Shown: one piece after another, positions 51,355 to 64,000 of the stretch | Numbering within the stretch: the first letter of the stretch is position 1 | Layout: every line of letters starts with the position of its first letter | Assembly (NCBI RefSeq): GCF_006345805.1 | Contig: NC_042999.1 | Span: 96,968,001 to 97,032,000 of the forward strand | Direction of reading: 5' to 3' | DNA length: 64,000 nt | Source: Octopus sinensis | Lineage: Eukaryota | Position numbers and translations under genes: made by a program | Notes under the pieces: generated by a model | Database searches by the model: none | The model's input: the letters and a program-made list of their open reading frames with translations, nothing else | What the model was told of the DNA's origin: nothing

Positions 51355-52095
51355 CCCTTTTTTAAAGGGGAAATTAAAAAGAGAAACAGAGAACCTAATT
51401 GTAGCCGCCCAAGATCAAGCGATAAAAGCGAACTTGAGAATATATATATATATGGAGAGAATGTGTCAGAAAAATGTAGAGCTTGTGGAACTTGGAACGA
51501 GACAGTGGCACACATTGTCACAGAATGCACAGGAAGAATATAAGAAATGGAAGCACAACCAGTTTGTAAAAGTTTTATACTGGAAATTGTGCCAGAAATG
51601 TGAATTTGAAGCTGGAAACACATGGTACAATCATCGAGTCGAAAGAGTACTTGAGTCGGAGAAATGTAAGATCTTGTAGGACTTTCCTATTCAAACGGAG
51701 AAAAAGCTTTAAAATAATAGACCAGACATAACTATTACAGATAAGAAAAAGCGAAGTTGCTTACTGATCGACTCCTTATACCCGTTTGATTCCAGGATCG
51801 TAAACAAAGAGGGAGAAAAGCAAAAAAAAAGTAATAATACCTTGAAATTTGAAATAGGAAGTACTTGGAGCATGAGAACTGTAAAGGTCGTGCCTTTAAT
51901 AATTGGTGCGTTGGGAATAGTAAGCAAAAATATAGAAAAATGGCTAAAGGAGATTGGTATAGAATACTCGGTAGAGCTCCTACAGAAAGTTTTTTCTCTT
52001 GAGAGCAGCAACGAGTTTTTAAGGAGGGTTCTAAGCACTTGAAAACTGCTGAAAAACTTGTGGATAACCTGATACCCACATAAATTGTACAAGGA
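51355..52095 (+). mobile_element. R4/Dong-like LINE 3' portion (CCHC plus RLE)
   Basis: KRETENLIVAAQDQAI, CRACGTWNETVAHIVTEC, NRPDITI, VVPLIIGALGIV; flanked by AAT runs on both sides. Confidence 0.85.
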
Positions 52096-52121
52096 ACAAG
52101 ACCGAAACTGAGCCGAGCTAA

Positions 52122-52177
<56 letters not shown>

Positions 52178-52196
52178 TAATAATAATAATATAATA

Positions 52197-52242
<46 letters not shown>

Positions 52243-52262
52243 TAATAATAATAATAATAATA

Positions 52263-52324
<62 letters not shown>

Positions 52325-52340
52325 TGATAATAATAATATA

Positions 52341-52431
<91 letters not shown>
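52122..52431. repeat. ~310-bp (AAT)n microsatellite
   Basis: Directly visible. Confidence 0.97.
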
Positions 52432-52788
52432 CTCTCTATTTTTCACAAGAAAAGGTGGATTACAAGGGCGGGTTGCAAAAAACAGTTGCGCTTTACATCA
52501 TGTAAAGCAGATAACCAAAAGAAAAAAAATGAGTTGAGAATTAGATTATTAAATATAAAAAATGTATAAAAGCACGTTCACGAAAAGGAATACAGTGACG
52601 TATAGTAAATGTGCATATTAATCAATCGATATATACATATATGTCTATGTGTGTGTGTATGTATGTATGTATGTATGTATGTATGTATGTATAAATCGAA
52701 TGATTAAGACGCACATACACCTATATTGAAATGTATGCATTTATAACTTCTAAGTAATAATAGAAAAGTCTCTGTGTATGATTTGGTT

Positions 52789-52857
<69 letters not shown>

Positions 52858-52922
52858 GTATGTGTATGATTGGGTTTATATATATATATGTGTGTGTGTA
52901 TGTATGTATGTATGTACGTACG

Positions 52923-52956
<34 letters not shown>

Positions 52957-53496
52957 TGTATGTATGTATGTATGTATGTACGTATGTATGTATGTATGTA
53001 GTTGAATGTATGTGGATGCTTATATCTGCATGCTCAAATATATGTGGCTATATGCTTCTCTGCCAAAATCTGACTATCTATATGTTCATATGTGCCTGCA
53101 GTCATTGCAATTGGTCTAAACTGAAGAGTATAGAATAAGATCGCTCGCGGTGTCTAGTATCTAAATCCAATTTTGCGCTTCATTTCACTTGAATTGATAA
53201 AATATATCTTTAATACCGGTGGGTCATTTCAATCGATAGTAGACTGGTTAAATGCGAAGGAATTAGTTTGTGATCATATATGACTTTTACCTTGCAGTGA
53301 TGCTCTGTATGTGATATTTAACGTCGAAAGCTCTTTCACATGCAACCCATGAGAAGCAGAGTATGAATCACGTGAAATGATAAACCACAATCACTAGTGG
53401 AGTGTTAGACCGATAAAATAAAGTACCAGTCAAATCCCAGAATTACAACTAACCCAACTAAAATATAAGGACACAGATCGTGTCGTATAGCCAGCT

Positions 53497-54330
53497 ATTA
53501 TTGAACTATTTGTTTTACTCGCTACTGTGTTTATTTTTGTGAATTTGTCATTTTTGACAAAGATTTTAAAAAGTTTTTGTGATGGAATTTAACATTGCAG
53601 CCCAGAAGGATTTTCCTGCGATGGGAAAAGTATTAACAAGTAATAATGAAGAAACACAGGAAAAGCCAAGTTTTCGGCCGCAGTGTGCAGTAGCGTGACT
53701 GAGTTAGAAGTGAAAATGGAACAACTGTTCAAGTTCCGAAATATAATTTTTTAAAAAGTGGCGATGACTCTAAACTGTTGCCGCCTCCTGAAACGGTACA
53801 AGCAATTAATGCTAGAACGGTAGTATACAAAATCTACAACCTGAAGGAAAAGAATTACGAAGATGAAGCATGTAATTAGAATTAAGTTATCGGAGAGTGA
53901 GTGTAGCGAGGGATACAAGGAAGTTTTGCTTGAGAGGGAGAGAGAGGAGAGAGGTTGAAGGAGCTATTTGGAGAGAAAATCGAAATATCGTTGATACAGG
54001 TTCGGTACGGTGAGTTGCCACCAGTGGTGGTATTTAAGGACTTAATAGAACTCATACTGTAAATGAAAGTAAGTAAAATGTTTAAAATTTTAAATAGTAA
54101 CTTTTGAAAAACGATGCAAAAATTGAACAATGAACTGTATGTTGAATGTTATAAATGAGCAGTCAAATGACACTGCCTGCGAGTGGGAAGCAGGTAAGAC
54201 ATTGCATCTTTCATTTTATCATTATAATTCATTATTTCATTCGTTATATGTTTTATGTACTGTGTTGTGTTGTCTGTCCATATATCGTCCCCTCTTTTTA
54301 AGAGCCTGTGTGCTCAAATAAAGAAACTAC
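53497..54330 (+). mobile_element. Tx1-like ORF1 fragment plus 3' UTR (unit A)
   Basis: KLLPPPETVQAINARTVVYKIYNLKEK is homologous to KLLPPQEILREMEERKILYKAYSVKEK in unit B; followed by a T-rich UTR ending in AATAAAG. Confidence 0.65.
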
Positions 54331-55895
54331 CTCTAGCCGAAGAATTGTCTCGTGCACACGAGGTCTTTTTGCGTCGTGAATTGGAACAAGGTTGTGGTAT
54401 CGTGTGTTGGATTTGTGAATTGTTGTGTTGCGTTGCAGCAGGGTTTTCTTTTTAAGCTGTCCCTCAATAGATTGAGGAGGGATGGCTGAGGCTTATTCGG
54501 ACGTGAGTGAGTCAGAGAAGTCATATTCGGAACTGTCGTCGTCTGAAGAGGAGCTGTTAGAAGCTGTGAAGAAGATGAACAGAGCTATGAAAATGAAAAG
54601 TTTTGCGAAAGAAACAGCCTCAAAATTTTGAAAAACTATGAAAAAATGATAAAAAAAAGAAGGTGGTGACATGAAATTGTTACCACCACAAGAAATACTA
54701 AGGGAAATGGAAGAAAGGAAGATTCTATACAAAGCCTATTCTGTCAAGGAGAAAAGGTTAGAGAATGAAAAGACGGACGAAATTGAAAAGGCGTTGAGGC
54801 CAATCTGGCAAGACATAGCGTATCTTGCCAGAGGAAGCCAATACGGCACCGTTGAGGTGTATTTTAAGAACAAGATAAATGCAAAGGAAAGCTCAGCAAA
54901 ATCGATGAAAACGGAAAGGGTAATCCTTCTACCCACATACCTTGGAAGAAGAACTTCCAGGGTCAGGGTGTAGGAAATTCCCCCTGAAATAGACGTAGCT
55001 TGGGTGGCTGCGGCTGTGCTTCTAGGAAGCGAGAAAGAGGTCGCCGTACTCCAGGCTACAAGAACGGAAGCTACTAATTGGCACGGTATAATCTTGGAAC
55101 TAATAATACAGTTGGAGAAACAATGATGAAAGTGTAAGCAGAAGGCAGAATCCCTCGTTGCTATAAATGTGGCCAAAAATGCCACATTAGAGCGGATTGC
55201 CCTCTGAAAAATAAGCCAATCCAGGAAAGAGCAGAGAAGGAACTGGAAAGGATAGAAGAAAGAAATGAGGAAGATCGATGGCAAGATACGGGAAGAAAAC
55301 AGAGGAAGAGAAAAAAGGACAGCTTAAGTGAACCCCAGCCCATAACCACCCCACCCATACCCTCTCAACCCCATCCTTCCCCTGCAGACACCACACCCAT
55401 CCATTCCCCTCCGACACAAAAAAAGAACAGAAGTCACGCAAAAAAACGCAAAACGACCTTCCCACTTGTTTTGTTTGCGCCTTATTAAAATGTGTAAAAA
55501 AGGATGTTGTAGATAAGCTAGTGCAATGGAAAGATGTAACAGTGACAGACATGAAGGGAATGAAAAAAGAAAAAATGGTTTTAGGTGTATTGGTGCCAGG
55601 ATACAGAATGAAAACAAGTAAGCATGGAATACAGACAAATGGTATTCGACAAATGAAGTACCGGACAGAATAGATTATGATAAATTACTGGGCCTATACG
55701 GCAATAACTTTAATTGGATATGAAAGGACTATAATGATGCTGCTGAGGTGAGGCAAGTGGCACATTCTTCATAAATTATTATCATGTATCATTCATATTT
55801 TCATAATTTCATTTTAATTGTTATATGTCCCCACATGTCTTGTGTTGTCCCCTCTATGTATTATATTTTTATCGTGGTAAAGAGTTAACCTCTAG
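54331..55895 (+). mobile_element. ORF1-only Tx1-like element (unit B) encoding a gag-like protein with CCHC knuckle, frameshifted
   Basis: ATG at about 54482 (MAEAYSDVSES), ORF 54671-54973, PRCYKCGQKCHIRADCP at about 55150-55205, proline-rich stretch, C-terminal domain to about 55710, then a short UTR; no EN or RT follows. Confidence 0.72.
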
Positions 55896-56276
55896 CCGAA
55901 CAATTGATGAAGGGAAATAACCCGGAAATCGCGATATACAGATATTGTTTTGAGCTGAGTGGGGGTGCTAGATTCCTTTGTTCGAAAATATAAGGACACA
56001 GATAGTGTCGTATAGCCAGCTGGAGACGATGTCTCCTGGGGCTAACTTGCAGCAACATTCGTCCTAAACCGGGACTGCCATGTTTTGTTGGCAAACAATT
56101 TTTACTCCAAAGTACTGTTCCTGAATATCTCTCGTTGTGAGATTTAAAAATACTAATTAACTAACGCAAGATTTCAGACTTTGGGCCTCGGCTGGAAACA
56201 ATTACATATTTACAACACCAAGTAATTTGTAAAATGAGAAATGAAATGTTTAGTAATGCCTACTTTGGCTCTAGGC

Positions 56277-56492
56277 CAGTGGTTCTCACCCATTTTTCGC
56301 CTGGAGACCCCCTTGGTTCCTATTTTACTCTACTGGACTTCCATAGCCATTCAATGTATATAAAAGAAAATCCTACTGAATTTTAATAATTATATATTAT
56401 TTTTAAAATTTTTTGTAGAATATAAGCAATGTATTACACATAAAGTTTAACATCAAAATCTTATATTGATCTCCAAGGTTTGGGAACCACCG
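56277..56492. mobile_element. hAT-Charlie-like MITE
   Basis: TIRs CAGTGGTTCTCACC / GGTTTGGGAACCACCG; 8-bp TSD CTCTAGGC (56269-56276) / CTCTAGAC (56493-56500) with the central TA typical of Charlie targets. Confidence 0.82.
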
Positions 56493-58165
56493 CTCTAGAC
56501 TATGATATATATTTTGACCTCTTCTTAAAATAATAAGGACTATATTACATTCATCAGCAGTTATCTTGTCTTGGTGCCTTTATCCGACTACCTCATATCC
56601 TAGTATGCAATTACAATTCCCTAATGACTGACATCTTTTGTGCGTTTCTTAGTGGCCAGTAAGTTTAATTATGGCATGGAAAAGCTGTTCATAGCTCAAA
56701 CACAATATAAGTATAGTGTTTTATGAAGCTGTGGCAGTTATTTGCTCGTCTCTTCTGGTATTCAATAAATTAGTTATTTCCTTTTCTTTCTGTCTCCTAA
56801 GTTTTTAAGTACTACATAACTTCAACCATTTCCTAAGCTTCTCTACGCCAAAGAAACAAATTTTACGTAATTATTGTTTGTTTCCCCATAGCTGGTCGGT
56901 TGCTGAATTATTTTTGTTTTAGTTTTATCTTGTTTATTATTTACTTTCTATTTTTTGTTGTTGTTTTTTATAATTTCAAGAATAGACTTAAAATCAAGTT
57001 GGCAACAGCTCCAACTCCTCAACTGTAAGCTGTCATTCAAAATTACTACTAATAGGCAGTTCCTCCAATCGTAGACATATTTTGTTGTTCTTTCCCTGTA
57101 GGCAATATAATTTTATTTTACAATTTATTTGGGAATTTTAAATGTTTTAAAGATTCCTTTTGAAATAAACAAACCTGTCAATCTAAGACAGATAATGTAG
57201 GCGTCTATTTAAAGCTGATAATAAATACAATCGTGTTCAACAGTATTTCATATGAAATGACGACCAGGATAAAGCTGAAAGCTACAATCAATTCTGAAAA
57301 ATATTGAAAAACTAAACATAATAAAAGTGACAAATACGCGGAGAATTTAAAATATGTATGAAATTGAAATTGGAATTTATTTTTTTCGCTACTATCCGGA
57401 ATTTCATGAAGATTAACAAAATTAAGTTTCGATTTTATGATAATTATAAATTGTTATATCATTCTGAACAACAATATTTCATATTGTTTGCGTTGCGAAA
57501 GATTAGTCTCGTCTGCTTCACAAGACAATAGTTTGTTTCATTTAAATCGGTTTTTAAACATTTGATTATTTTTGTTTTGTTTTCGTTTATTTTTGTTCAG
57601 AAAACAATAATCCTCTTTTGATATATTAAGTGACATTACGTATATGTCTCTCTTTGGCGACAGGCTTAGCTGTGCAACATTTAACCTATGCGCGGGCGTT
57701 CTTTGCACATCAGCTTTATATGTCGTAACGAGTTTTCCTCAATGCACTTGAGAAAACAAATGAAATCTGTTCACAGTCAGTTTACATCTTAAGGAAAATC
57801 AATATTTTTCTACTTACATTTCTTTCACAAATCGATGCCAAATGGTTTGGAATGTACAAATAGCATCAGCCTTCTGAAAAGCTGAATTAATGGGAGTTTG
57901 CCAGTTGGGATTATAGCCTCTACACAAAAGGCTGTTGACATGGAACATAAACATCACACGCATCTGCAGCATAGGGAGTATCTACAAGCGTAGCGCTGAA
58001 GTTTCAAATCTTATTGTTTTTCTTATAAACAATTTTGCGATTCACTAACTGCCAAAATTGTACATGAAATATTGAGAGAGAGAGAAAGATACCGGACAAA
58101 AAGGAAAAAGGGAAAGGAGAGAGAGAGAGAAAGAGTGTGTGTGAGTGTGTGTGTGTGTGTGTGTG

Positions 58166-58196
<31 letters not shown>

Positions 58197-59214
58197 TGTG
58201 TGTGTGTGTGTAACTGTGTGACTTTTGATTCTCTACGATTGGCATTTTGTAACTTTTAGTATGCGTATTATATTGAGGCATATATATATATATACATATG
58301 TATATACATATACATACACATATATATATATATATATACCCATGTGTGTGCGTATACATCCCCCACAAACCGTCTATGCTTGTGTTGCTCTTGAGACAAA
58401 TGAAAGAAATGCTTGAATACTTGTTTCCATTTTGATGTCCCTTTGTTTTATATATACAATTGTGTTTACTGACGCATCTCAGCAGCTGGGAACAATAAAG
58501 GTCAACCAGAGAAATTCTTTGGACTCAATACGAATATATCGGTCTTTATTGTGTAAGTTACTAAATGCCAATGATTGTCTTCCTGTGTCCTGACTCTGCT
58601 TGTCTGTCCCCTTATACACGCGCGCACAAACATACATACTTACATGCATGCTTACATACATACGTATATGCACATATGTGCGTGGGTGAATGTGTGTATG
58701 TATTAAAGTAAAGGTTCAAATTTCGTAAATTCGTGTTTCACGTCTCCACTTGTAATATAAGATATGCACAATAATACGGTAAACCATTAAAGGGAATATT
58801 CTGTAAAAGAAACCGAAAATAGAAACGTTTCCATTCTCATTGTTTAGATTTTCTTTGACAGTCGCAGACATGAAACTCAAAGTTATGAAGGTTGAAATTT
58901 TAGCTAATCATTATAAAATGTTATCGGTATGGACTACTTAGTTTTTTCGTTTGTCTATACTGAAGTGCTAGCAGTCAAGCGCTCAAAAACACAAACACGC
59001 ACAGAGATGCACATACACACACGCCCAGAGATGTACACACACACACACACACACGCACACACACACATATACACGCACGCTCAGACTCACACACATACAT
59101 AGACGTATGTACACACACATTGTATCTGGTGATCCACCGGCTTTTTGAAGCTTTGTGTTATTAAACAAAGTTAAATTCCACAGCTGGTGCTGACATATTC
59201 TATAATACACCATT

Positions 59215-59300
59215 TGCGTACTGGGGTCGATCTAATCGACTGGTCGACTGGCCCCCTCCCCAAAAAGTTTGGGCTTTGTACCTAGAGCAGAAACGAATAT
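59215..59300 (+). mobile_element. SINE family A 3' tail fragment
   Basis: GTACTGGGGTCGATCTAATCGACTGG...TTTGGGCTTTGTACCTAGAG matches 3950-4020. Confidence 0.75.
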
Positions 59301-59692
59301 TATACACACCAGTATTTTAATCTGAGACAGTTTCAAGTGTGGATATTAATTTGATTTCAGCCTGGCTAGTTTTCGTTTTAATCAGTGGATAATTTGTTTA
59401 TTGATTTCTATATCGGAACAAACGCTTTGGGGTTGGCACAGAACGTCCGAGCTATTCGTTACAGAGGAGGCCAAATCAGGTCGAAACACCATATCTGGCG
59501 ATCCAATGATGTTCAGAGCAAAGCTTCGTGTCTTTGAGAAATTTTCTCTGAGATAAAATATCACAACTTGTGATGTTCCACATTTGCATACACATTTGTA
59601 TATTATAGCCTCCAGATTTACTTTAAGGCTATTTCAACAGCGTATAATAATACAAACATCAGTTTATAACAACACACACATACACACACACA

Positions 59693-59731
<39 letters not shown>

Positions 59732-60374
59732 TATATTATTATTTGATTGAACGGCACGCATCCATTAAGTTTATCTTAATCTTTTTGATGCGACTCTACT
59801 CTATACTGTTTTCTCACCCATCCTTTTCTCTAATTCTCTTTTTCCTCCCCTTTAGCGTTTTCTATTTATCTTCCCCTCCCCCTTTTTCCCTTTTTCTCTC
59901 CCTCGTTGCTCACACGTAACCATCGTCCATCTTTTTTTCCTCACATGATCACCTTTCTTTTCCTTCAGAACTGTCCTAAGGACTGGAGATGTTGTATCTC
60001 TCTCTTCTATCTTCCCTTTTATTTCAAAGAAATTATTTCTCCAGCGTTCGCTATTTTACCCTCGTTCTGGTCTAACGACACTCCATGTTTGTTTTCGTAT
60101 GGTTTCCTTGTATGTCTCCACTGTCCTGTTTTTGCCCCAACTTTGACCCTCCATAAATCCAAAATATTTTGGTACTTATGGGAGCAACTGTCTTCGAAGA
60201 CTCATATTGTGGTTTAATGCTCGAAATGAGGAGTAGATAGACAGCCGACAACTGATGAAAAGTCGTTCTTTGTGTTACTTGTCCTGGTTTCCATTTGTTT
60301 TTCTCTTTGTTTGCGTATTGAACTCATGTTGTTTACTGTTGGTGACGTCCTGCACCCATATATGCATATGTATG

Positions 60375-60434
<60 letters not shown>

Positions 60435-60612
60435 GATGTGTGTATGGGTAAGCGTACGTACGGATGCATATACGTCTATGTGTGTGTATATATGTGTATG
60501 TAAATATATACATATATGTATATGTCTGAGTATTTGGATATGTATGTATTACGTGTAGTATGTGGTTGTATAAATATGTGTGTGTGTATATTATACGAAA
60601 TATACAGTATTA

Positions 60613-60726
60613 TATATCCATCACGGGCGACCTTACCAATCGGTTATATAATCGGATTATTACCTAACACTCCATCGTATTCCTTGCGCAAAACCGATTG
60701 GTAAGATCAGCTGTAACGGATATATA
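60613..60726. mobile_element. Small MITE-like inverted repeat in TA context
   Basis: CTTACCAATCGGTT (60632-60645) is the exact reverse complement of AACCGATTGGTAAG (60692-60705); pairing extends imperfectly out to the TATATCC / GGATATA ends. Confidence 0.5.
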
Positions 60727-60992
60727 ATACTGTATATTTTGGATAATACACCCACTCAATTGACAGATATACGAGTGCATCTTTTCCCTGACTTATGGAC
60801 TCTTAAACGACTCACGTATATGTGTGTGGTGGGGTATTGGTGGGCGTGTGCATGTATGTATATATATGAATGTGTGTATGTATATATATATGTATACATG
60901 TATGTATGTGTATGCGTACATATGTATATATGTACATATATTTGTGTGTGTGTACGTACGCGTGTGTGTACGTACGCGTGTGCGTGAGTGTA

Positions 60993-61046
<54 letters not shown>

Positions 61047-61139
61047 TAATCCAAACATAAACAAAGAGAAAACATAACAACGCGAGGACGTGGAACAACT
61101 ATAATCTTATTGGATGCACAGGAAAGGAACATATATATA

Positions 61140-61562
61140 CATGAGCGAAACACCCCCCACCCGTCCAATGGACGGTGCTGAGTTGTCAAACATTTAAACC
61201 AAATTTTCTCACAACAATTTGTCCAACCGTCCCATAGGCCTCCCCTTTGAGAAACAGTGATTTAACCTAAATTTGAGACACCAAACAGGCCGGCTTTTTT
61301 TGCGCAAACTGCACGTGCATTTTTCTCGCGTACGCGAAGTATCGATCGCAAAAGCTGATGTACTTGCGCGTACAAATACACATTCCTTTGGCTTTATCGA
61401 TCGCATTCTCACCTGGAATCGATTTTTGTAATTTTTCCAAGACTTATACACGCCCGGATACCGTTGGTATCTACATATCAAATTTGAGCGCAATCGGATG
61501 GAGGATGCCCGAGATCCTAGAAGACACACAGAGAGACAGACAGAACGGATTTTATATAATAG
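61140..61562 (+). mobile_element. Probable non-autonomous Helitron/Helentron-like element
   Basis: GC-richer body with CAAATTTGAGCGCAATCGG, a (GACA)-like run and a TTTTATATAATAGAT end; this layout resembles DINE/Lep1-like elements as I recall them. Confidence 0.4.
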
Positions 61563-61569
61563 ATATGTG

Positions 61570-61638
<69 letters not shown>

Positions 61639-61814
61639 CTATGTGTATGTATATATGAATTTGTATATGTAAGCGTACATGAGCGTATGTATGTAAAGTA
61701 GTATGACCGTAAATTCAAATGAGTGTATGTATAGATGAGGGCATGTTTTTGTACATATGGGTGTGTATATATGTAGATCTATATAGAACGATCTATATGC
61801 TCATGTAACTGAAT

Positions 61815-62245
61815 GATCGGTAAATTCTTGAAGGTCAGCCAATGGCAGTTACAGTTGTAACCAACTATGAAGAATGAACTGGCAGTACAAAGAAATAGAT
61901 TAGCACGCCTCTTAATATGAACCGCAATACTTATCATCCATACCATAGCCACTGTCCCACTCCATTTACACATTTAAAGCAGAATCATCAACAGACTTTC
62001 AGCCACAACACACATTTGGATATACTGAGAGGTTACTATTACCTTGCATAGTCAAAACAGACAGAAAAGATGCGAACGAAGCCAAAAATTTGAGTTTACG
62101 AAACACAGAAACGATATTTATTTATCACCTAATGAAACACAACAGGATCTCATAATGCAGGGAAACTGTTACATAACCAAATTCCTGCAAACCGGGAGAA
62201 CTACATTACGTGGAAACAATTGTAGTGATTACAAATAAATGCTTC
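61815..62245 (+). mobile_element. Highly degenerate LINE endonuclease remnant
   Basis: ILEGQPMAVTVVTNYEE and later PNSCKPGELHYV loosely resemble APE-domain segments; many stops. Confidence 0.3.
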
Positions 62246-62401
62246 TCTGTACTTCTTCTTGTTGACTCCAACTTATTCAATTATGTATGTATGTATGTAT
62301 GTATGTATGTATGTATACGCAGATATACTCACACGCCTCACTAACACACAACCATAATTATTCTTTTACCTGTATATCTAGTTGTATACATATTCATGCA
62401 T

Positions 62402-62512
<111 letters not shown>

Positions 62513-64000
62513 CAGATGTGTTTCAATGTACATACACACGAGTTCTTTATTATTATCATCATCATCATCATCTTCTAGTTCTATTTCTTCTTCCTCTGTT
62601 CCTCCTCCCCCTCATCCTCTTCCTTTTCTTCTCCTACTTTTCTATTTTCCTTCTCGTCGTCCTCCTCCTTTTCTTCTTCTCCTACTCCTCTTTCTTTTGT
62701 CTCTTCCATTGTCGTTGCTGCTACTTTAATCTTTTTCACATCTTGATGGCGATGATAACATGATATTAAAGAAGATTATGTTTATGACGATAAAGATCAC
62801 GATGATGATTACAAAACGATGATGATGACGATGATGACAAAGATAATGGTGATCATGATCATCACCATCATCGTCGTCGTCGTCGTCATCGTTGTCATCG
62901 TTGTTGTTGTCACCATTATCTTCTTCTACATCATCATCATCAACATCATCATGCTCAGTCCCGTTCATTATTTCGCTTCGTTGAATCACTAGAACCTCAT
63001 CTTACCACACTGCCCCGAGGTAAATAATCCAGATTATTGATTGTGACCATCAATTTCTACAAAGCAAATGAGTGAACATGTGTTATTGACACATGTGCCA
63101 CAATATTTAACAATGAGACAAACTTCATAAGACTACTGCTAGAAGCTTCGAATAATATTCTTTAAAGAAACGTGGTAAAACAGATGTAAAAATATTGTTT
63201 ATGTACATGCATTTTTGTTATTTATTTCTTTTATGTGTTTTTCTTTTATTGTTCTCTGCTATTTTGATCCATTCTCGCGAACATTGTGGCATTTCATCAG
63301 AATTAGTCATCAAAATACATCCCAGGAAAGCACCAATATAAAAGATAGAGACTTGTACAAGAATGTAGCTGTTGAAATTAGATATTGGAATTGTATCAGA
63401 TCAGCTGGAGGAGAAAAAACAATAGAGAGGGAAAAAAATAACATTACAAAATCAATCGATAACAGCAGCACGAAAAAGAACAATAAGAACTATAACAGCA
63501 AAAATAACTATAACAAAAATAATAACATTTTTTAATATTTTTTTTTAATACTGTGTGATATAGTTTGAAATAGTGATCCATTTAGAATAAATAGTAAGCT
63601 CCTGAGGTGGTTATGTCTGTCATCCGAGTTTGATTGACGGTTTCTAGTTTCTTTATGTCATTTATGCCGTCAATGTTCCAAGGAAATACATGGGCATCAG
63701 GGTTTCCTATTTTGCTCACTGCAAATTACTAAGATTTTCATACCTATTTAAAAAGTCACTAGCTAATGTCATAGCTTAAAGGGCAAAGTCCTGCTGTAAC
63801 GATGTTATCAATCTGGTCTCAATTAATTACCCGAGGGATGTCATTTTATTTTGTTGTTGACACCGGAATAATAAAAAATTAGAACATGACTACTACAGTT
63901 AATTATTTAAGCTCATTTATAAATTTGAAGAGATCTTCAAATGGCTATGTCGTAAAGACGCCAGAGGAGTTGATAGTTCATACTCTTTTTCCGTAGCCTG

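Noticed and set aside
51709-52446. 245-aa minus-strand ORF
   Set aside because: Poly-Ile/Tyr from (AAT)n plus the antisense frame of an RLE LINE.
55985-56021. Resemblance of the reverse complement to the U2 snRNA 5' region (a known Tx1 target)
   Set aside because: Only short patches (TGGCTA, TATCTGT) match and the spacing is wrong.
60225-60285. CGAAA...GTA...CTGATGA as a type II hammerhead
   Set aside because: Helices I and II cannot be paired convincingly.

Overview
AT-rich, repeat-saturated eukaryotic DNA. The SINE families, microsatellite load and Penelope/R4 content suggest a coleoid cephalopod, probably Octopus; this is inferred from repeat families I recall and was not checked by a search. 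I recognised no intact host gene, rRNA, true tRNA or CRISPR array, so the window looks intronic or intergenic. Most ORFs in the track are microsatellite artefacts or decayed transposon frames. Main contents: L1/Tx1-type LINE pieces, several Penelope-like elements (PLEs), an array of R4/Dong-type RLE LINEs in (AAT)n tracts, an RTE fragment, a mariner remnant, several MITEs and at least four tRNA-derived SINE families. Four observations stand out. (1) PLE-derived units recur as fold-back structures with both outer ends in (TA)n, and they carry minimal hammerhead-ribozyme motifs, one with an intact core and several with variant cores. (2) Two ORF1-only Tx1-like units lie in tandem at 53.5-56.0 kb, bracketed by a 37-bp direct repeat. 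(3) Retroelement families partition by microsatellite type: PLEs in (TA)n, RLE LINEs in (AAT)n. (4) A MITE carrying telomeric repeats sits in a tRNA-like B-box. All coordinates and alignments were read by eye and may be off by a few bases.
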